A stretch of 64,000 nucleotides of DNA from Bugula neritina (taxonomy: Eukaryota > Animalia > Bryozoa): the NCBI GenBank assembly GCA_964035545.1, contig OZ037769.1:4569929-4633928 (forward strand). The letters are read 5' to 3'. The notes below the pieces were generated by a model, which saw only the letters and a program-made list of their open reading frames with translations, had not been told where the DNA came from and searched no databases. Positions 1 to 34,950 of the stretch are shown here, one piece after another. Position numbers and translations under genes: made by a program. How positions within the stretch are numbered: the stretch's first letter is position 1; each line of letters starts with the position of its first letter.

Positions 1-300
1 TAGAGTGTACTTAATAATTCTTACTTGTCACTTGCACAATAACTAAATTACTTGATATAACCAGCCTAAGGCACTGTAATCTCTTAACTGTAACTTACTA
101 AATGACTGTTCTAGATTACTTAGCATATCATCATAACTTACAACTCAAAACTTGGTAACAAAATGAATATAAAGAAGTCCCCATTCACCAGACAGGATGG
201 CAAGAATAAACTTACTAATCGGAAATGCTCTAAGATATGTACATTTTTGTCTAGACACATTTAGCTGCTGGAAATTTGTTACACTGGTGTGTCTATGCAG

Positions 301-2686
301 GGTGGTTGGAGCCTCTGTTAGATGAGATAAATCGAGACAAGACCATTGTTGTTACTCCAGTCATTGATGTGATAGATGACACTACACTAAAGTTTCACTA
401 CGGAAGTGCAAAGCATACGAGTGTCGGAGGTTTTGACTGGAACCTGCAGTTCAACTGGCACTCCATTCCCGATAGAGAAAACAAGAGACGTAAAAGTGAG
501 GTGAGAAAATATCTGTGGCTTCTTGACTCCAGCTGATCAGAACTGCAACATCTGATCATGAGTCCATTCTTCTTTTTAGTATCGAAGTCAATCTTCAATA
601 TACTGGCTCAAAGTTCAACTGGAGTTAGTAGTTAAATTTTTCAAGACAGATTTCTGTAAAAAAAAGTTTTTATGGCGTATAATATGAAATTGCACAAATT
701 TATTCATTTTATTAAATGAGTTTTCACCAATTATCGTGTTACTTGGAGTTATCGTACAGTGCAGAAGGGTAGATGGGGAGAAAACTCCCATTTTGTTGAC
801 ATCTTCACTATTGTATTCTTATATCTAACAACAAATCAATTCTATGTATAAAATTTTAAACACAATTCCGATGATACACGCATTTAGGTGGCGCCTATAC
901 ACTCCCCCACCATGGCAGGGGGTTTATTCTCCATCAGCCGGGAGTATTTCGTGGAACTGGGCACCTACGATGCTGGGATGGATATTTGGGGCGGTGAGAA
1001 TCTAGAGATGTCCTTCAGAATATGGATGTGCGGTGGAACTCTAGAAACTATACCCTGCTCCCATGTTGGACATATATTCAGGTTAGGGCTAGAATTTCTA
1101 TTTAGTATTTATTTTGAATTTTACTTCTAGTTTGAATATCCGAATCTTACATCATTCACCCTCTAAGTTTTATTTATTCCTCATGTAAAGATATGATGAA
1201 GGTTCTCTTTATCAGGTTTAATCTGCTGGACATGCATATTAACATCCCAACATCATGTGGTTCTCATTATGTCCAGTTATGTTTTTGTGTTTATCTTTTA
1301 TTGTTTTCATATTTCAAGCTAAACTTTTGTAGAAAGCGAAGTCCCTATAAATGGAAAGATGGAGAAAATGTAGTTAGAAAGAACTCAATTCGTTTAGCGG
1401 AAGTTTGGATGGATGACTACAAGCACTATTATTATGAAAGAATAAACAATGATCTAGTAAGTGTAATGATTGTGTGCTTTATGATGCTGTACGTTTAGGA
1501 TTTTGAGTGTGTATATTCTTGCAGTCTCTTGGTATATGTGTTGAACCTCGTGTACATTTTGAGGTAACTTTATAATGCTGCATATTCAAATCAATTTTCA
1601 TTTCTAACAAGGTTTGTTTTAACGATTATAAATTTTTAACAACATTTTTTAGAATATCATATACTCGTAGTAATAAGTGGTTTCTCTGTACTGCTCCACC
1701 TTAGCTAACAGTTGTATTCTGTATACTTTGTCGTTCAGGGAAATTATGGAGATATTTCATCTCGTAAAGAGTTGCGTAAGAAACTGAACTGCAAGTCATT
1801 TGACTGGTACATAAAGAATGTGTTCCCTGAGCTCTTCATACCTGATGAGGCCATCTTTTCAGGAGAGGTCAGTGGGAAATAGCACATTGCTCTCTCAGAA
1901 GTTGTCTTTTCAAACCTCTGTTTAGTTTATTTAATAACTATTTGTGCAACTTCTTCTAAAAAATGAAAATTTTAAAGCATCATTTTTTATATTGAATGTT
2001 GTACATCGAGTAATGAAAACGACTCGTTTTCTTGCATATAGATTCGAAACAGAGCTATAACGCACTGTGTAGACAGTCCGGCCGATCACCATGTGTATAA
2101 CAAGCCAGTGAAGATGTGGCCGTGTCATAACCAAGGCGGCAATCAGTACTGGTTGATGAGTGATGCGGGAGAAATACGTCGAGACGAGGCGTGCATTGAC
2201 TACACAGGAAGTGGTACTGTGAACATGTACATGTGTCACGGACAGGGCGGCAACCAGAAGTGGCAGTACAAGGAGGTCAGTCTAGTTCTATTACCATTCA
2301 GACATGTTTAATGCTTGGAATCTCACTTCCAATTATTTTCACTTGAAGTTTGCTTTAATGCTATTGCCAGATCAATTGGCAATTGGCCATGTGGTTATTA
2401 GTAATGCAGTGCAAGGCATACATTTTTTTATCTATAATTTGCTTACTAAGGTGGTAGTTGTCTTCTTTGTAGACTTTTTTTAGATAGCAAACTGTGAATA
2501 ATTGGGTTATAAATCATACAAGTGTAGTTTACATGTTGTTTACAGAATGGTTTGCTACTCCACGTGATCTCTAAACTGTGTATGGAAGCCAATGCCAATG
2601 GAGACGGTATTGTGATGTCATCGTGTGACCCCAGCAATGACAGACAACTCTGGGAATGGAAGAAAGGGAAAGGAAAGAAACACTGA
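301..2686 (+). CDS. Polypeptide N-acetylgalactosaminyltransferase (GT27, gly-5/pgant9-like), 3' part; 5' exons lie outside the window
   Basis: GT-AG exons 301-500, 888-1081, 1333-1456, 1739-1867, 2042-2275, 2546-2686 join in frame. Motifs [59 protein letters not shown], then a ricin-B lectin domain (CH-x-QGGNQ-x-W repeats). TGA at 2684-2686; AATAAA at 3391. Confidence 0.95.
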
Positions 2687-4589
2687 GCATTTGTACTGCA
2701 GCATTCCTATTTAGAAACATTTCATTGAAATCAATAACACTATATTATATTATTTATGTTGAACATGTTACTCAAATAGAGTAAGCTACTTTCAATTCTT
2801 CCATTTAGTTTTCTATTCCTAGTTTGTTTACTCAAAAGAAGATAATTCTAAGTATCACATCTGTTATATGATGCAGTAATATGCAAGGAGCAGCCATAAC
2901 TCTATATATTCATATCTATGTGTAAGTGTAGATAATATATAGATATGTATTCATATCTGTTTTTCTTCAATAGCGTGTTTGAGTATTTGAGCTTTCAGAA
3001 ATGCGGTTGCTTATGGCTAGTTACCACAATCAGGGGATCCGATCCGCTCATCAACAAAGATATTACTAATTATTTTATTTATATGATAGGATAGAGGCCT
3101 AAACTACTTAAGGTTGTTGGTATTTACTGGTTAACTACTGCTACCTGCTCAACTCCAGTTTACTAATTGTAATTCAACAAATAATTTTAGTTTTTGCAGA
3201 ATTAAACATGTATGTACATTCACTGATTGTCTATTGAGCTAACATTTTAGAATGATTATTAGAACATCATCATATATAGTTACCTTCATTTATTTCACTG
3301 CATCTCAATGAATTTGATTTATTATACCAGTTAATGATTTCTTTTTATATGTTTTTTTTGCTTTTCTGAGAATCTGTTTGGTTTAGTTTAAATAAAATGT
3401 ATGTTGTGGAATCTATCAACTAAATTGCTTATTATTGCAGTTGAAAAGTTTGACTGTGGCATTAGAATTAAACTGTATTTAAATTTTCTTGTAACATAAA
3501 CATATGAGCTGTTCGTATTTTGTTTAATGAGTGACAGTTCATGACTAAAAGTGTGAAGAGTCTGAATACGACATGGAAAATTTCATGTAACTGTTAAAGG
3601 CATCTTTGAGCTATGCGGTTCTTTAGAGTGTTATGAAACTTGTTGCTGGTGGACAACAAAAGTTTCAATGTCGTGAAGTATTCTCTCTGTTCAGCTCACT
3701 ATTATATACATACATAATATAGGATATGCTTCAATACTACTCTGTGATTATATTATGTTATCCTCGTACAAATACCCCAATACTATTACAATATATTACA
3801 TGTATGTCACTATAACCACCCAAAACTACCCTATTATATATGCAGTCTTGGAGATAAATTTTGATTTAACAGTTTATTATCACTAGTTTCATATATTATT
3901 AGCAGTTAGAGCAATGATCAGATAATGAAATGTTTCGCAACTTTTCTAAGTTTATTCCTATAATTATAATGATAATGGTTCAATGTTTTGTTGACAAGCT
4001 ACATAAAATTACAAGTTGACAATGTCTTTAGCATGACTAAGCGCATAAGGCTGAGGTCATCTCCTGGAACAGCTATATAATACAATTAAGGTCTAAATAT
4101 TTTATTGACTTGAAATAAAGTAGTTTTTCATGAGCATTTCAATTATTACTATTGAATTTATATACTAGTCATGATGATGTAACACTTCACAATCGTATCT
4201 CGATCTATATGCATCTGTATCTCAACATATGCGCATCTTGGTTTCCACACATGTAGAAAGATTTGTACCTCAACACATATACATCTACATGTATATTTCA
4301 ACACATGTATCTCAACACATGTAACATATCTACATATCAACACATATTCACGCTGGAGAAAAATCTGCTAAAAATATATTTAATATTGCAATGATGATGA
4401 AATATTGCATATGCGTGACACGAGAACTCTGTTTACCCAACAACTGTCACAAGATATAAATATGTGCAGGTTTTGCCAGGCATTGCAGAAGAGTAAAGTA
4501 TTCACTACATGTAAGATATTATATCTAGAATATATTAATATAACCTGGTAGGATAGTTCTTGGTTATATTCGGAAAGCTGTAGGTCAGT

Positions 4590-9835
<5,246 letters not shown>

Positions 9836-10557
9836 TAACTGATGCCCTTGACTTTCATATCTACTACTTTACTCTTAGACAACCCTGTGCTAATCTATGC
9901 ATAATAGCAGCTTTACTTGCTTTTATAGCGCTTTCTTAGTCTTAAAATTATTGTATGACTTTAACAGATATTTATATCTCCTAGTTTTTTATATCTATGT
10001 CATATGCTCAAAATCATTCACTAAATTGTGTTGCAGATCATTTTATCTTTCTATTACAACGCAATGTGTATTTTAAGTGTTCATATTGCTCTGGCTAGTT
10101 TATAGCTTGCCAATTAAAACTTGTGATGTAATAAATGTGTAATAAGTTCATTTAAATAATAAAATAAACTATTCCATTGAAGCAAGATTTATTTTGCTTA
10201 GCAAGATTTTATTTAAAAGTAGGTATGGAAAATATAGTAGCATAAAATACAAGGTTTATTTCGTTTAGATCAACAAATACAATACATCAAATGTTTCATG
10301 GCACTTGGCATACAAAACTTGTCAATTTTGCCTAAATTCCATCCTTTCAACTAGCTAAAAAATATTTCATCATGTTGTGTAAACGGTAAAGGCATGAGGA
10401 ACAGAAAAATAACTAATATTTGCATATTTGAGGTAAAATGTGTAATTCAAACAACGAATAGAAACTTGAGTTTAGCAGGAAAGCCAATCATGAGTCAGAG
10501 TTAGATATGGAAGGACAAAAAACCAAGAAGGTAAGTGGCCCAGCATTGTTGCGTAAC

Positions 10558-15338
<4,781 letters not shown>

Positions 15339-16641
15339 GTTGCTGTACAAGTAAGAACTGGAGCATGAAATGAATGCATTCACGTTATATCCGTAACTGA
15401 AGTATCCCGTATGTTGGCAGATTATTCCAAACGTGAGATTCGTTTGCCCCATGAGAGACAATAAGAGGTTTAAGCAACTCGTTGATGAGATAACATGCGT
15501 CAAAGATGTTTATGAACATTATTTTCTTGTTGAGTAAGTTGAATAGTTAACATTCCAAGACAAGGTAATAGTCACACTGCATATTTCATGTAGCATACAT
15601 GTCACAGTCAAATTTATATTAGGTATAACTGACTAAAAATTTCTGCATACAAAATATTTTTTAAAACAATTGAATAATAACACTGTAATGATTATTTTAA
15701 GCTGTCATATTTCAGTGACAAATCAACAGCCTAATCATATACTAACAAAAATCACTATAAAAATAAACAAATACTTAAAGATATTTTACAAAAATTATAA
15801 TCGTTTAAATTTAAAAACATTTTAATGAATTTTTCATGGTGAAAAAGTAACAAAATAAAATACTCAAAACATGAAGCACCAAATAGAAATGCTCTGTATT
15901 ATCTTGCTATTTGTATCATCCACATGTATTTAAATTGAATATAAACATCTACCTTTTAATCCTATCATTATTTTCTGCAAGACATAAAATATTCTGGGTG
16001 TAGTCATTTAAAAATCAATCAACAGCTTTTAAAAATAGAATACATTAATCTAAAAACATCCATGAAATAGCATGTAATAATTTATTATTTATCAGGCAAA
16101 AACCATATTTAAAAAGAGTTCATCTTCAAAGAAAGCCTGTTTCAGACGTATCTGCTCTGGCCTACAAGAGTACAAGGTTGTGGTATAATAAAAGCAGGGC
16201 ACACTAATGAGTTGGGACAAATGTAAATACATCTGATTTATTAGACCTAATCTCCATATCCCACGAATCCATTTCTCATGAAATTTCATTGGTCGTGAGA
16301 AAGGTTTGGACCACGTTTTGTAGCTTGTGTATGTATAGGGATAAAATGTCCGAATTTAATGGATCCATGAGTTAAATCCAGTATTCGATTATGCCATGAA
16401 CTGAGGTTTCGGGATAGGTAGCTTAGTGAGATACGGAGGGAGCACTGCACACCACAATCAATAACAGAGATCATCTTCATAACTAACTATGTACTATGTG
16501 TGCCGCAAGGTTGGAGAAAGCTATTAGAAAAATGAAATCTAAAGAGAACACTAAGATCAAATTAAAATATATATAATTAAATTTTTTTGAGAAGTTAATA
16601 GAGATAACTATCAACCATGAGAGTAGATGGTACTCACTCAC

Positions 16642-21296
<4,655 letters not shown>

Positions 21297-21910
21297 TACT
21301 CAGATACTAGTCATCAGACTAAAAGCCACAAAAGGTTTTTAAGGTCAGTAAATCTGACAGATTCATGGCAATTGTTAGCAGTTATAATTTCATTCATTGC
21401 ACTTTCAGTCTTAACACTGTCATTGAGCAGAAACACTTAGTTTATGAACCTAGGCCATATCAATTAAATATTTTATATTATATAATTATAACTTATAACT
21501 TAAACATTTTATATTATTTATATTATAACTACATATGCTTGTAGTTGTTCAGACTAAAAATAGCTTTTAGATAAAAAATAAACAAAACCACTTTTAAATT
21601 ACTTTAAGTACTACTGCTAGTAATAGTTAACATTGTCATTGTGATTACTGATTTACTCATCCTTCATTAGACTTATTTACAGTTACATTTAGTCACTAAA
21701 TTTAATATTGCTATTGCATTTGGGGCTTAAAGTAACTATTAGTATCACTATTAGACATTGCCATTAGTCTAAGTGCTACATTTACTGTATTACTATTAGT
21801 TACTGTTGGTAAATTAGTATTAGTATTACTATCATTTTAAAATTTCAATTTAATTTCATGTTATACTTATACAGTATAACTATAACTACAAGTGTAGTGT
21901 TGAGTTTACC

Positions 21911-21998
21911 CAGTTGCCTCTGTGGTGTAATGGTAGCACACTTGCTTGCAAGCCAGAGGACTCAGGTTCGGTTCCCAGTGGGGGCAATTATTTTACAA
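21911..21998 (+). mobile_element. tRNA-derived SINE, family 1
   Basis: TGTGGTGTAATGGTAGCACACTTGCTTGCAAGCC...GGTTCGGTTCCCAGTGGGGGCAA. Confidence 0.78.
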
Positions 21999-22099
21999 CA
22001 AGTATAACCCATACTAATACTAATAGTTATATTAAATTTAATTTTAGTGTTGGTGCATTGGCCTTAGGACTTAAGCATCTTGATTTAAAATAAAAATAA

Positions 22100-22345
22100 T
22101 CATTACTACCACTATGACTATGAGTATGAGTATGACTTATGAGTTATGAATATCAATATCACATATCAATCTTACAATTACAGTTACTATCAAACTATGG
22201 CCTATGTTACTCTAACAGTAACTCTAAGTGATAAGTCTATGACTAAGAGTATCACTTTGAGTATAACTATGAGTATCAGTATGATATTGAGAATGAGTTT
22301 GACCATCACTATGACTATGAGTATGAGTATAACTACAACTATATT
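22100..22345. repeat. Degenerate hexamer repeat (ACTATG/AGTATG)
   Basis: Low-complexity tract upstream of CE3. Confidence 0.7.
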
Positions 22346-23538
22346 AAATTTACTTACATCAACTTCAAGTTTAACTTAACATAAGCCCAAGGCTAAATAC
22401 TAAAAAGTAAAAGTGAAACCGATAGTGTCAATTTGAGTGAATGTCCAAGTTAAAGAGCAAGTTTAAAGTTACTTTTACTTTTAGTTTTAGGTTCAAGTTG
22501 AAGGGCACTCACATTAGAACTTCCACTTAAGAGCCTAAGCTCTTAATGTTTCTTATTAAATTTGGTTTGGGGAATAAATCAAAATTCCTTGGAAAATGTA
22601 ACTTCTTTTGCTACATTTTCAATCTAGAACACAGACTTTTTTCAATTTCTTCACCACTGCACCCAGTTTAATCTATCTGAACCCTAACCTAACTGCATCT
22701 ACCTCGCATGCAAAGGGTTAAAGTTGAATAATCACGCAACTTGAGCTTACAATTATCGAGGTGATGTTGCACATAGAGAGTTGTCTTCTAGCTTATAATA
22801 AGTGTGCTAATCTTTTCACAATAATGTATCAAATGTTCTAAAACTATATTTTAAATACGAAACATTGTTGCAACTTTTTATAAGAAATGAATTTATATAA
22901 GACTTGGAGAAGTTATTTAAGACGATTAGAGCTTGCATATATTTCAGAATGTTGACTTTTTTTATAAAGTCTACAGATAATTTGTAGTTTAATTTTTGTG
23001 TAAAACGAGCTATAAATTGTGACCTTGTTATATAATCTTCCACCGTAGAAAGATTCGAATTTATTGCAATAATTATTCATTATTATGTAATATTGAGCTT
23101 TATTTATGAGTTTTATCATGCTTTTATGTAAGTCACACCCAGTTGGAGTTTTCTGCACTTGACATAATTGTAATGTATGTCTATTTGAATTTATAGATTA
23201 TATACTATGAAAATAGATAGATTAGAGTTCACAGAAGTTTGAAATGGTATTTTTATTCTAATTTTATTGGTCAGAATAATAATATAATATGAAAATAATT
23301 AGCAATAAGTTAACTCATATAAGTATTTAGTTATGGAAGTTTCCCTTATATATGACAAACCAACACTCATAAATAAATTAGTAATTTAGTGATATTAAAT
23401 GGATAGTTGCTCAACAATTTACCATATGCAAATTAAAAGTTAAAACTAAATTGTATTGAATTAAATCATAATATACTGTATCTCTATACAAGCTGCCATT
23501 TCATTGTCACAACCCAGTCTATAGGCTAGGCGTTCTAG

Positions 23539-24977
23539 TTACTCAGTTTTGCAAGAGTTGCAAATGAAGAAATTAATAATTCGCTTTTTCAAACTAACTG
23601 GTTGTTCAACTTCTTCCACCCGAGTGTCCAGTCTATCTGTAAACATAAAAGTACTCGATAAGCAGGTGTATTCATTCTGAATTTATATTCTATTACAATA
23701 TAAAACTTAATGCACAATTTATGGAAGTTATTAAGTTTGAGATTATAACTACTTCAAGATGGTCATGTGACTGTAACGGTTAGCATACAAACATATTTAC
23801 TTACAATATACACTCCTGCAGTCGCTCATGTCCTCATCAAGTTGAAAGTTGGTGCATATATCTTCCTTGGTCAATGTATCCACTCTGTTGTACTGTATCA
23901 CTCTGTCTGGTAACGGTTAGCATACAAACATATTTACTTACAATATACACTCCTGCAGTCGCTCATGTCCTCATCAAGTTGAAAGTTGGTGCATATATCT
24001 TCCTTGGTCAATGTATCCACTCTGTTGTACTGTATCACTCTGTCTGGTAACTTCTCTACTCTGTCTGGGAGGTTGATACAAACATCACTAATGCTTTTCA
24101 CACATAGGACTTTGCAACTTTCTCTGTCACCTTGACCTTTGATCTCTTCAACTATAACCTCTAGCGTTGGATTTGGTGCATTGAGCTGCTCCTTTTCACT
24201 GTATTCAATAGATCTTTGTACAAAGTTATTGTTAAGCTTTTTGTATAGACTCATCAGTTTGTCAACTTCTGTAGTGACTGTCAACTTCATTCGAACTTTC
24301 ATGATGTCATTCCTTCTTAGATACCCATGTAGTGTACTGGAAAAATAGATATCCATTATATTGTAGTTATTGTTTTGCAATTTATAAACTACTAGTTTAT
24401 TTTACAAAATCTTATCTCATATCTTGCAATATTCACAATTTGAAGATATTGAATCATGTATGGTTACTTTCTCTAGACAGCTAACTGACCTAGAAGTGGT
24501 AGTGTGACAGTACACAGGTACTCACCTAATATTCGTGTTCTTGATTTCAAACTTTAGAGACCGTTGTACAAAGTTAAAGTTAAGCTTTCCATACAAAATA
24601 GCTAACTTTAGCTCAATTCTCTCCTTTTTAATTATTGCAGACCTCTTTTCATCCCTTTTCCGTGCACTGAAAATGAAAACAAATATTGTGAGTTACAATT
24701 ACAATTATAATATGGTACTGCAACTTCCAAATTATCTGATTCTTGTGCAAAGATCTGTTCTTGAACATTCAACAGTCAGAGCGTAGAGCCTTCAAGTTAT
24801 AAATTATTCGTTTTTCAGAACATGGCATATATACAGTCTACTTATCTTATAAGAGTAGTAATACAACTTTATACAGTGTACTTACCTCTGAGTAGTAAAA
24901 CGGTAATATGCAGCCATTACAAAAAATAGCCAGAATAATTGGCAGCACAATGGTTCATTAAACATAAAGACTTCCAT
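23539..24977 (-). CDS. Uncharacterised 241-aa protein, copy A (N-terminal hydrophobic segment, internal repeat)
   Basis: GT-AG exons 24977-24886, 24666-24526, 24336-23942, 23636-23539 total 726 nt and join in frame from MEVFMFNEPLCCQLFWLFFVMAAYY to IINFFICNSCKTE*. Frame and splice sites are preserved in copy B. Confidence 0.72.
23773..24051. repeat. Exact 137-bp tandem duplication bounded by GTAAC microhomology
   Basis: GTAAC starts at 23773, 23910 and 24047; single-copy in paralog B (about 36173-36314). Confidence 0.92.
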
Positions 24978-26233
24978 AGTTTCACAAATCAAGCAAGAAT
25001 CTCAGCTGACTGTAAATTAAGAGTAAATTCTGAATACGTTGTGTCAGCGTTACGTCATCAATGATTGTCTTTCTTAGTGTAATGACATTCTTTAGGATTT
25101 AATGCAGATATTATACTGCACATTGTTTTATATTTTGTACTGTATTTTGGAATTCAATTCTGTTTAATGGGATAAATAAATATGTTCAATTCAAGAGAAG
25201 ACAACTCTAGTTTTCTTTCGAATTAATAATTTTTAATGACAAATACAGAAAAGAAGTTTGCACAGTTTTTAAATATTAGCCTAGCATAATGCACTAAAAT
25301 ACATTATATATAAGCACATATAGTTTGCACATATAACATATTATATGCTGTCAACATTCAAATATAAAGAATATTTACTCTAAACTTAAAAAAACGTCCT
25401 TGTGAGAACTTTTCAAAAGTAAGTTTACCAAAGGAATAAGATGTAAGTGAATTCTACTCGAACAACTCAAGAGTTTACTAAACACTATTTAATTCAGTTG
25501 TTGTACAGAATATATAATCATAAGTTTACTTAAACAACAGTTTGATGCTGATCTGAAATATGCCAGACTAAATAAAGTTTGGTTAGCAATCTTGATAAAA
25601 CTCTTCTACTAACAAAAATATCTTGCTAAACATAAATTAAGTTGTAAACAAAAATACAACTCAATCACAAAGCCTACCACAAATTTGACTCATTTATTTG
25701 CTACTTGCAGGCTTCAATTTATCTGCCATTTTTAACTATAGTCATCTGTCACCTTTAACCTTATTATGTGCTGAAGAGATTTTGTCTTTTCACAGTCTAT
25801 CAGGAGAAATTAATACAGTTGAGCTATAAGAGTTGCAATGTTAATGGAAAACAACAATTCAAAGGATAAAAGTGAAGTCAATAATTTTATTGTTGCATAA
25901 ACCATACAACTATGTCATAGATTGGCTTGAGTTTTGTTATATAAAATCTTATTATAATAATGCAGATAAAATTAAGTTTTCAACTTTCTAAACCAACATT
26001 TATAATTTAATTACTTGAAACTATATTTTGGATTGCCAAGAATTTGGAAAGTTAAATGCATACAATTGCAAATGAAACAAATTGATGCGAAATTCTACTT
26101 AAACCGTGTTACTGGATAAACAACCACAGAGCGTAGTCTTGCAGTTATAGAAACATAATCTGTAATGTTCAAAATAATTTAATTTTAACAGACGAGCTGT
26201 TTAGGGCCAGTCTGCTAGTTAGAGTTCATCTTT

Positions 26234-32314
<6,081 letters not shown>

Positions 32315-34194
32315 ACTGCTCCACAGCTTTTAGAACACAACCAAGAAATCTCCTACCAGCTAGGTTATATTAATATATTCTAGATATAATATCTTACATG
32401 TAGTGAATACTTTACTCTTCTGCAATGCCTGACAAACCTGCTCATATTTATATCTTGTGGCAGTTGTTGGGTAAACAGAATTCTCGTGTCATGCATATGC
32501 AATATTTCATCATCATTACATTTTTTAGCAGATTTCTCTACAGTGTGTACATGTGTTGAGGATATGTATATGTGTTGAGATACAGATGTGTATATGTATA
32601 TATGTGTTGAGATACAGATGTGTCTACATGTGTTGAAACCAAGATGCGTATATGTTGAGATATAACAGATGGATGCATTTGTTAAACTGAAATGTATATG
32701 TGTTGATGTAGAAATGCTGCGATTGTGAAGTGTTACATCATCATGACTAATAAAACAAATTATATAGTAATAATTAAAACGCTTATGAAAAACTACTTTA
32801 TATTAAGCCAATGAAATATTGAGACGGAAATTGTAGTTTAGCTGTTCCAGGAGTTGGCCTTAACGTTTATCAATTTTATGTAGTTGGGTCATGCTAAAGA
32901 CATTGTCAACTTGTCATTTTATGTAGCTTGTCAACAAAACATTTATTTATTATCATTTTCTAGGAATAAAATTAGGAAAATTGCACAACACTTCCTTATC
33001 TGATCATATTGCTCTAACTACTAAAGATATGTGAAACTTATAGTGGTAATAAGCTGTTTTAATCAAAATGTTTCCCCAAAACAACCTATAACGTAGCATT
33101 GGAGTAGCTAGTGACATGCATATACTTGTATTGGAGTATTTGTACAAGTCTAATATATAATCATAGGGTGTATATTTTTGTATATAATGGTGAACTGAAT
33201 AGAATAAATACTTCGCAACATGTTGTCAAAAGTTTCACAACTCTCTGAAGAACTGCTTAGCTCAAAGATGCCTATAGCAGTTACATGAACTTTATCTTAT
33301 CCAAATTCGTCACACTTTTAGTCATTAACTGTCACTAATTAAACAGAATGCATATAGTTTATATCAATTCTGTAAGAAAATATGCATGTATTTTAATTCT
33401 AATTTAGTTTCTTTAACATCCATTTATGCCACAGTTTAATTTCTCAACATAAATAATAAGCAATTTAAGTTTATCAATTCCACAACATAAATTTTATTCA
33501 AACTCAACCAAACAGTTTCTAAGAAATGAAAAAAAAAACAAATAAAAATAAATCATTAACTGGTATAATAAATCAAATTTATTGAGAAGCAGTGAAATAA
33601 ATGAAGGTAACTATATATGGTGAAATTCTAATAATCATTATAAAATGTTGGACAATCTGCGAGTGTATATACATGTTTAATTCTGCAATAACTAAGATTA
33701 TTTGTTGAATTACAATTAGTAAACTGGAGTTGAGCAGCTAGCAGTCATTAATCAGTAAATACCAACAACCTTAAGTAGTCTAGGCCTCTATCCTATCATA
33801 TAAATAAAATAATTAGTAATATCTTTGTTGATGAGCGGATCGGCTCCCCTGATTGTGGTAACTAGCCATAAGCAACCATATTTCTGAAAGCTCAAATACT
33901 CAAACACACTATTGAAGAAAACAGATATGAATACATATCTATATAATATCTACACTTACACATAGATATGAATATATAGAATTATGGCTGCTCTTTGCAT
34001 ATTACTGCATCATGAAACAGACGTGATACTTAGAGTTATCTTATTTTGAGTAAACAAACTAGAAATAGAAAACTAAATGGAAGAATTGAAAGTAGCTTAC
34101 TCTATTTGAGTAACATGTTCAACATAAATAATATAATATAGTTCTCTTGATTTCAATGAAATGTTTCTAAACAGGAATGCTGCAGTACAAATGC

Positions 34195-34335
34195 TCAGTG
34201 TTTCTTTCCTTTCCCTTTCTTCCGTTCCCAGAATTGTCTGTCGACGCTGGAATCACATGATGACATCACAATACCGTCTCCATTGGCATTGGCTTCCATA
34301 CACAGTTTAGAGATCACATGGAGTAACAAACCATT
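34195..34335 (-). pseudogene. Isolated duplicate of the GalNAc-T terminal exon (followed by a copy of its 3' UTR)
   Basis: Reverse complement reads [46 protein letters not shown], nearly identical to 2546-2686. No other GalNAc-T exon lies next to it. Confidence 0.9.
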
Positions 34336-34602
34336 CTATAATCAACACATATACTACACTTGTATATGCTTTACAACCCAATAATTATTTAAAAATTGCT
34401 ATTTAAAAAAGTCTACAAAAAAAAATAACTACCACCATAGTAAACAAACCAGAGAAAAAAAGTGCAGGCCTTGCAATGCATCACTTGTGGCAAAGTTTAG
34501 AGGAAACAGAATTCTCGTATCATGCATATGAAATCTTTCATCAATATTTCATCATCATAATCTTTGTTTAAATTGTAATAAAGACACTATTTAGTAACTC
34601 AC

Positions 34603-34750
34603 CCAAAAAGAGATCCACTTAAGAGTCTAGAAATGTAGTGCTGACTCCTCAGAGTTGTCCACCATGACACAACGTCACTATAGGGTCAGCAGCAGACGTA
34701 CAGCAGACCAACAGACAGATAACAGTAATCTTTAATAAAATGGATGCCAT
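34603..34750 (-). pseudogene. Orphan carboxylesterase exon 1 (signal-peptide exon) with two in-frame stops
   Basis: MASILLKITVICLLVCCTSAADPIVTLCHGGQL*GVSTTFLDS*VDLFL followed by a GTGAGT donor; TGA at 34651-34649, TAA at 34621-34619. Confidence 0.88.
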
Positions 34751-34805
34751 ACTGCTATGTTTGCAGTTAAATAGATCAACTAAAAATGCCTGTAGGATTT
34801 TCAGA

Positions 34806-34950
34806 TTGTGTGTGTGTTGTGTGTGTTGTGTGCGTGCATATCCATGTGTGCGTGCATGTGCATGTGTGTGTGTGAGTGTGTGTTGTGTGTGAGTGTGTGT
34901 GTGTGTGTGTGTGTGCGTGCGTGTGTGCGTGTGTGTGTGTGTGTTGTGTG
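34806..34950. repeat. (TG)n-rich microsatellite at the unit A/unit B junction
   Basis: Directly visible. Confidence 0.92.

Noticed and set aside
24535-24786. Plus-strand ORFs 24535-24786 and 36801-37046 as a separate conserved gene
   Set aside because: They overlap exon 2 of the minus-strand gene, lack ATG starts, and are shared only because of the segmental duplication.
25050-25057. CRE-like TTACGTCA upstream of the unassigned gene; ATF4-like TGATGAAAT upstream of CE1/CE4
   Set aside because: Short motifs expected by chance in AT-rich DNA; the CRE-like site is not kept in copy B.
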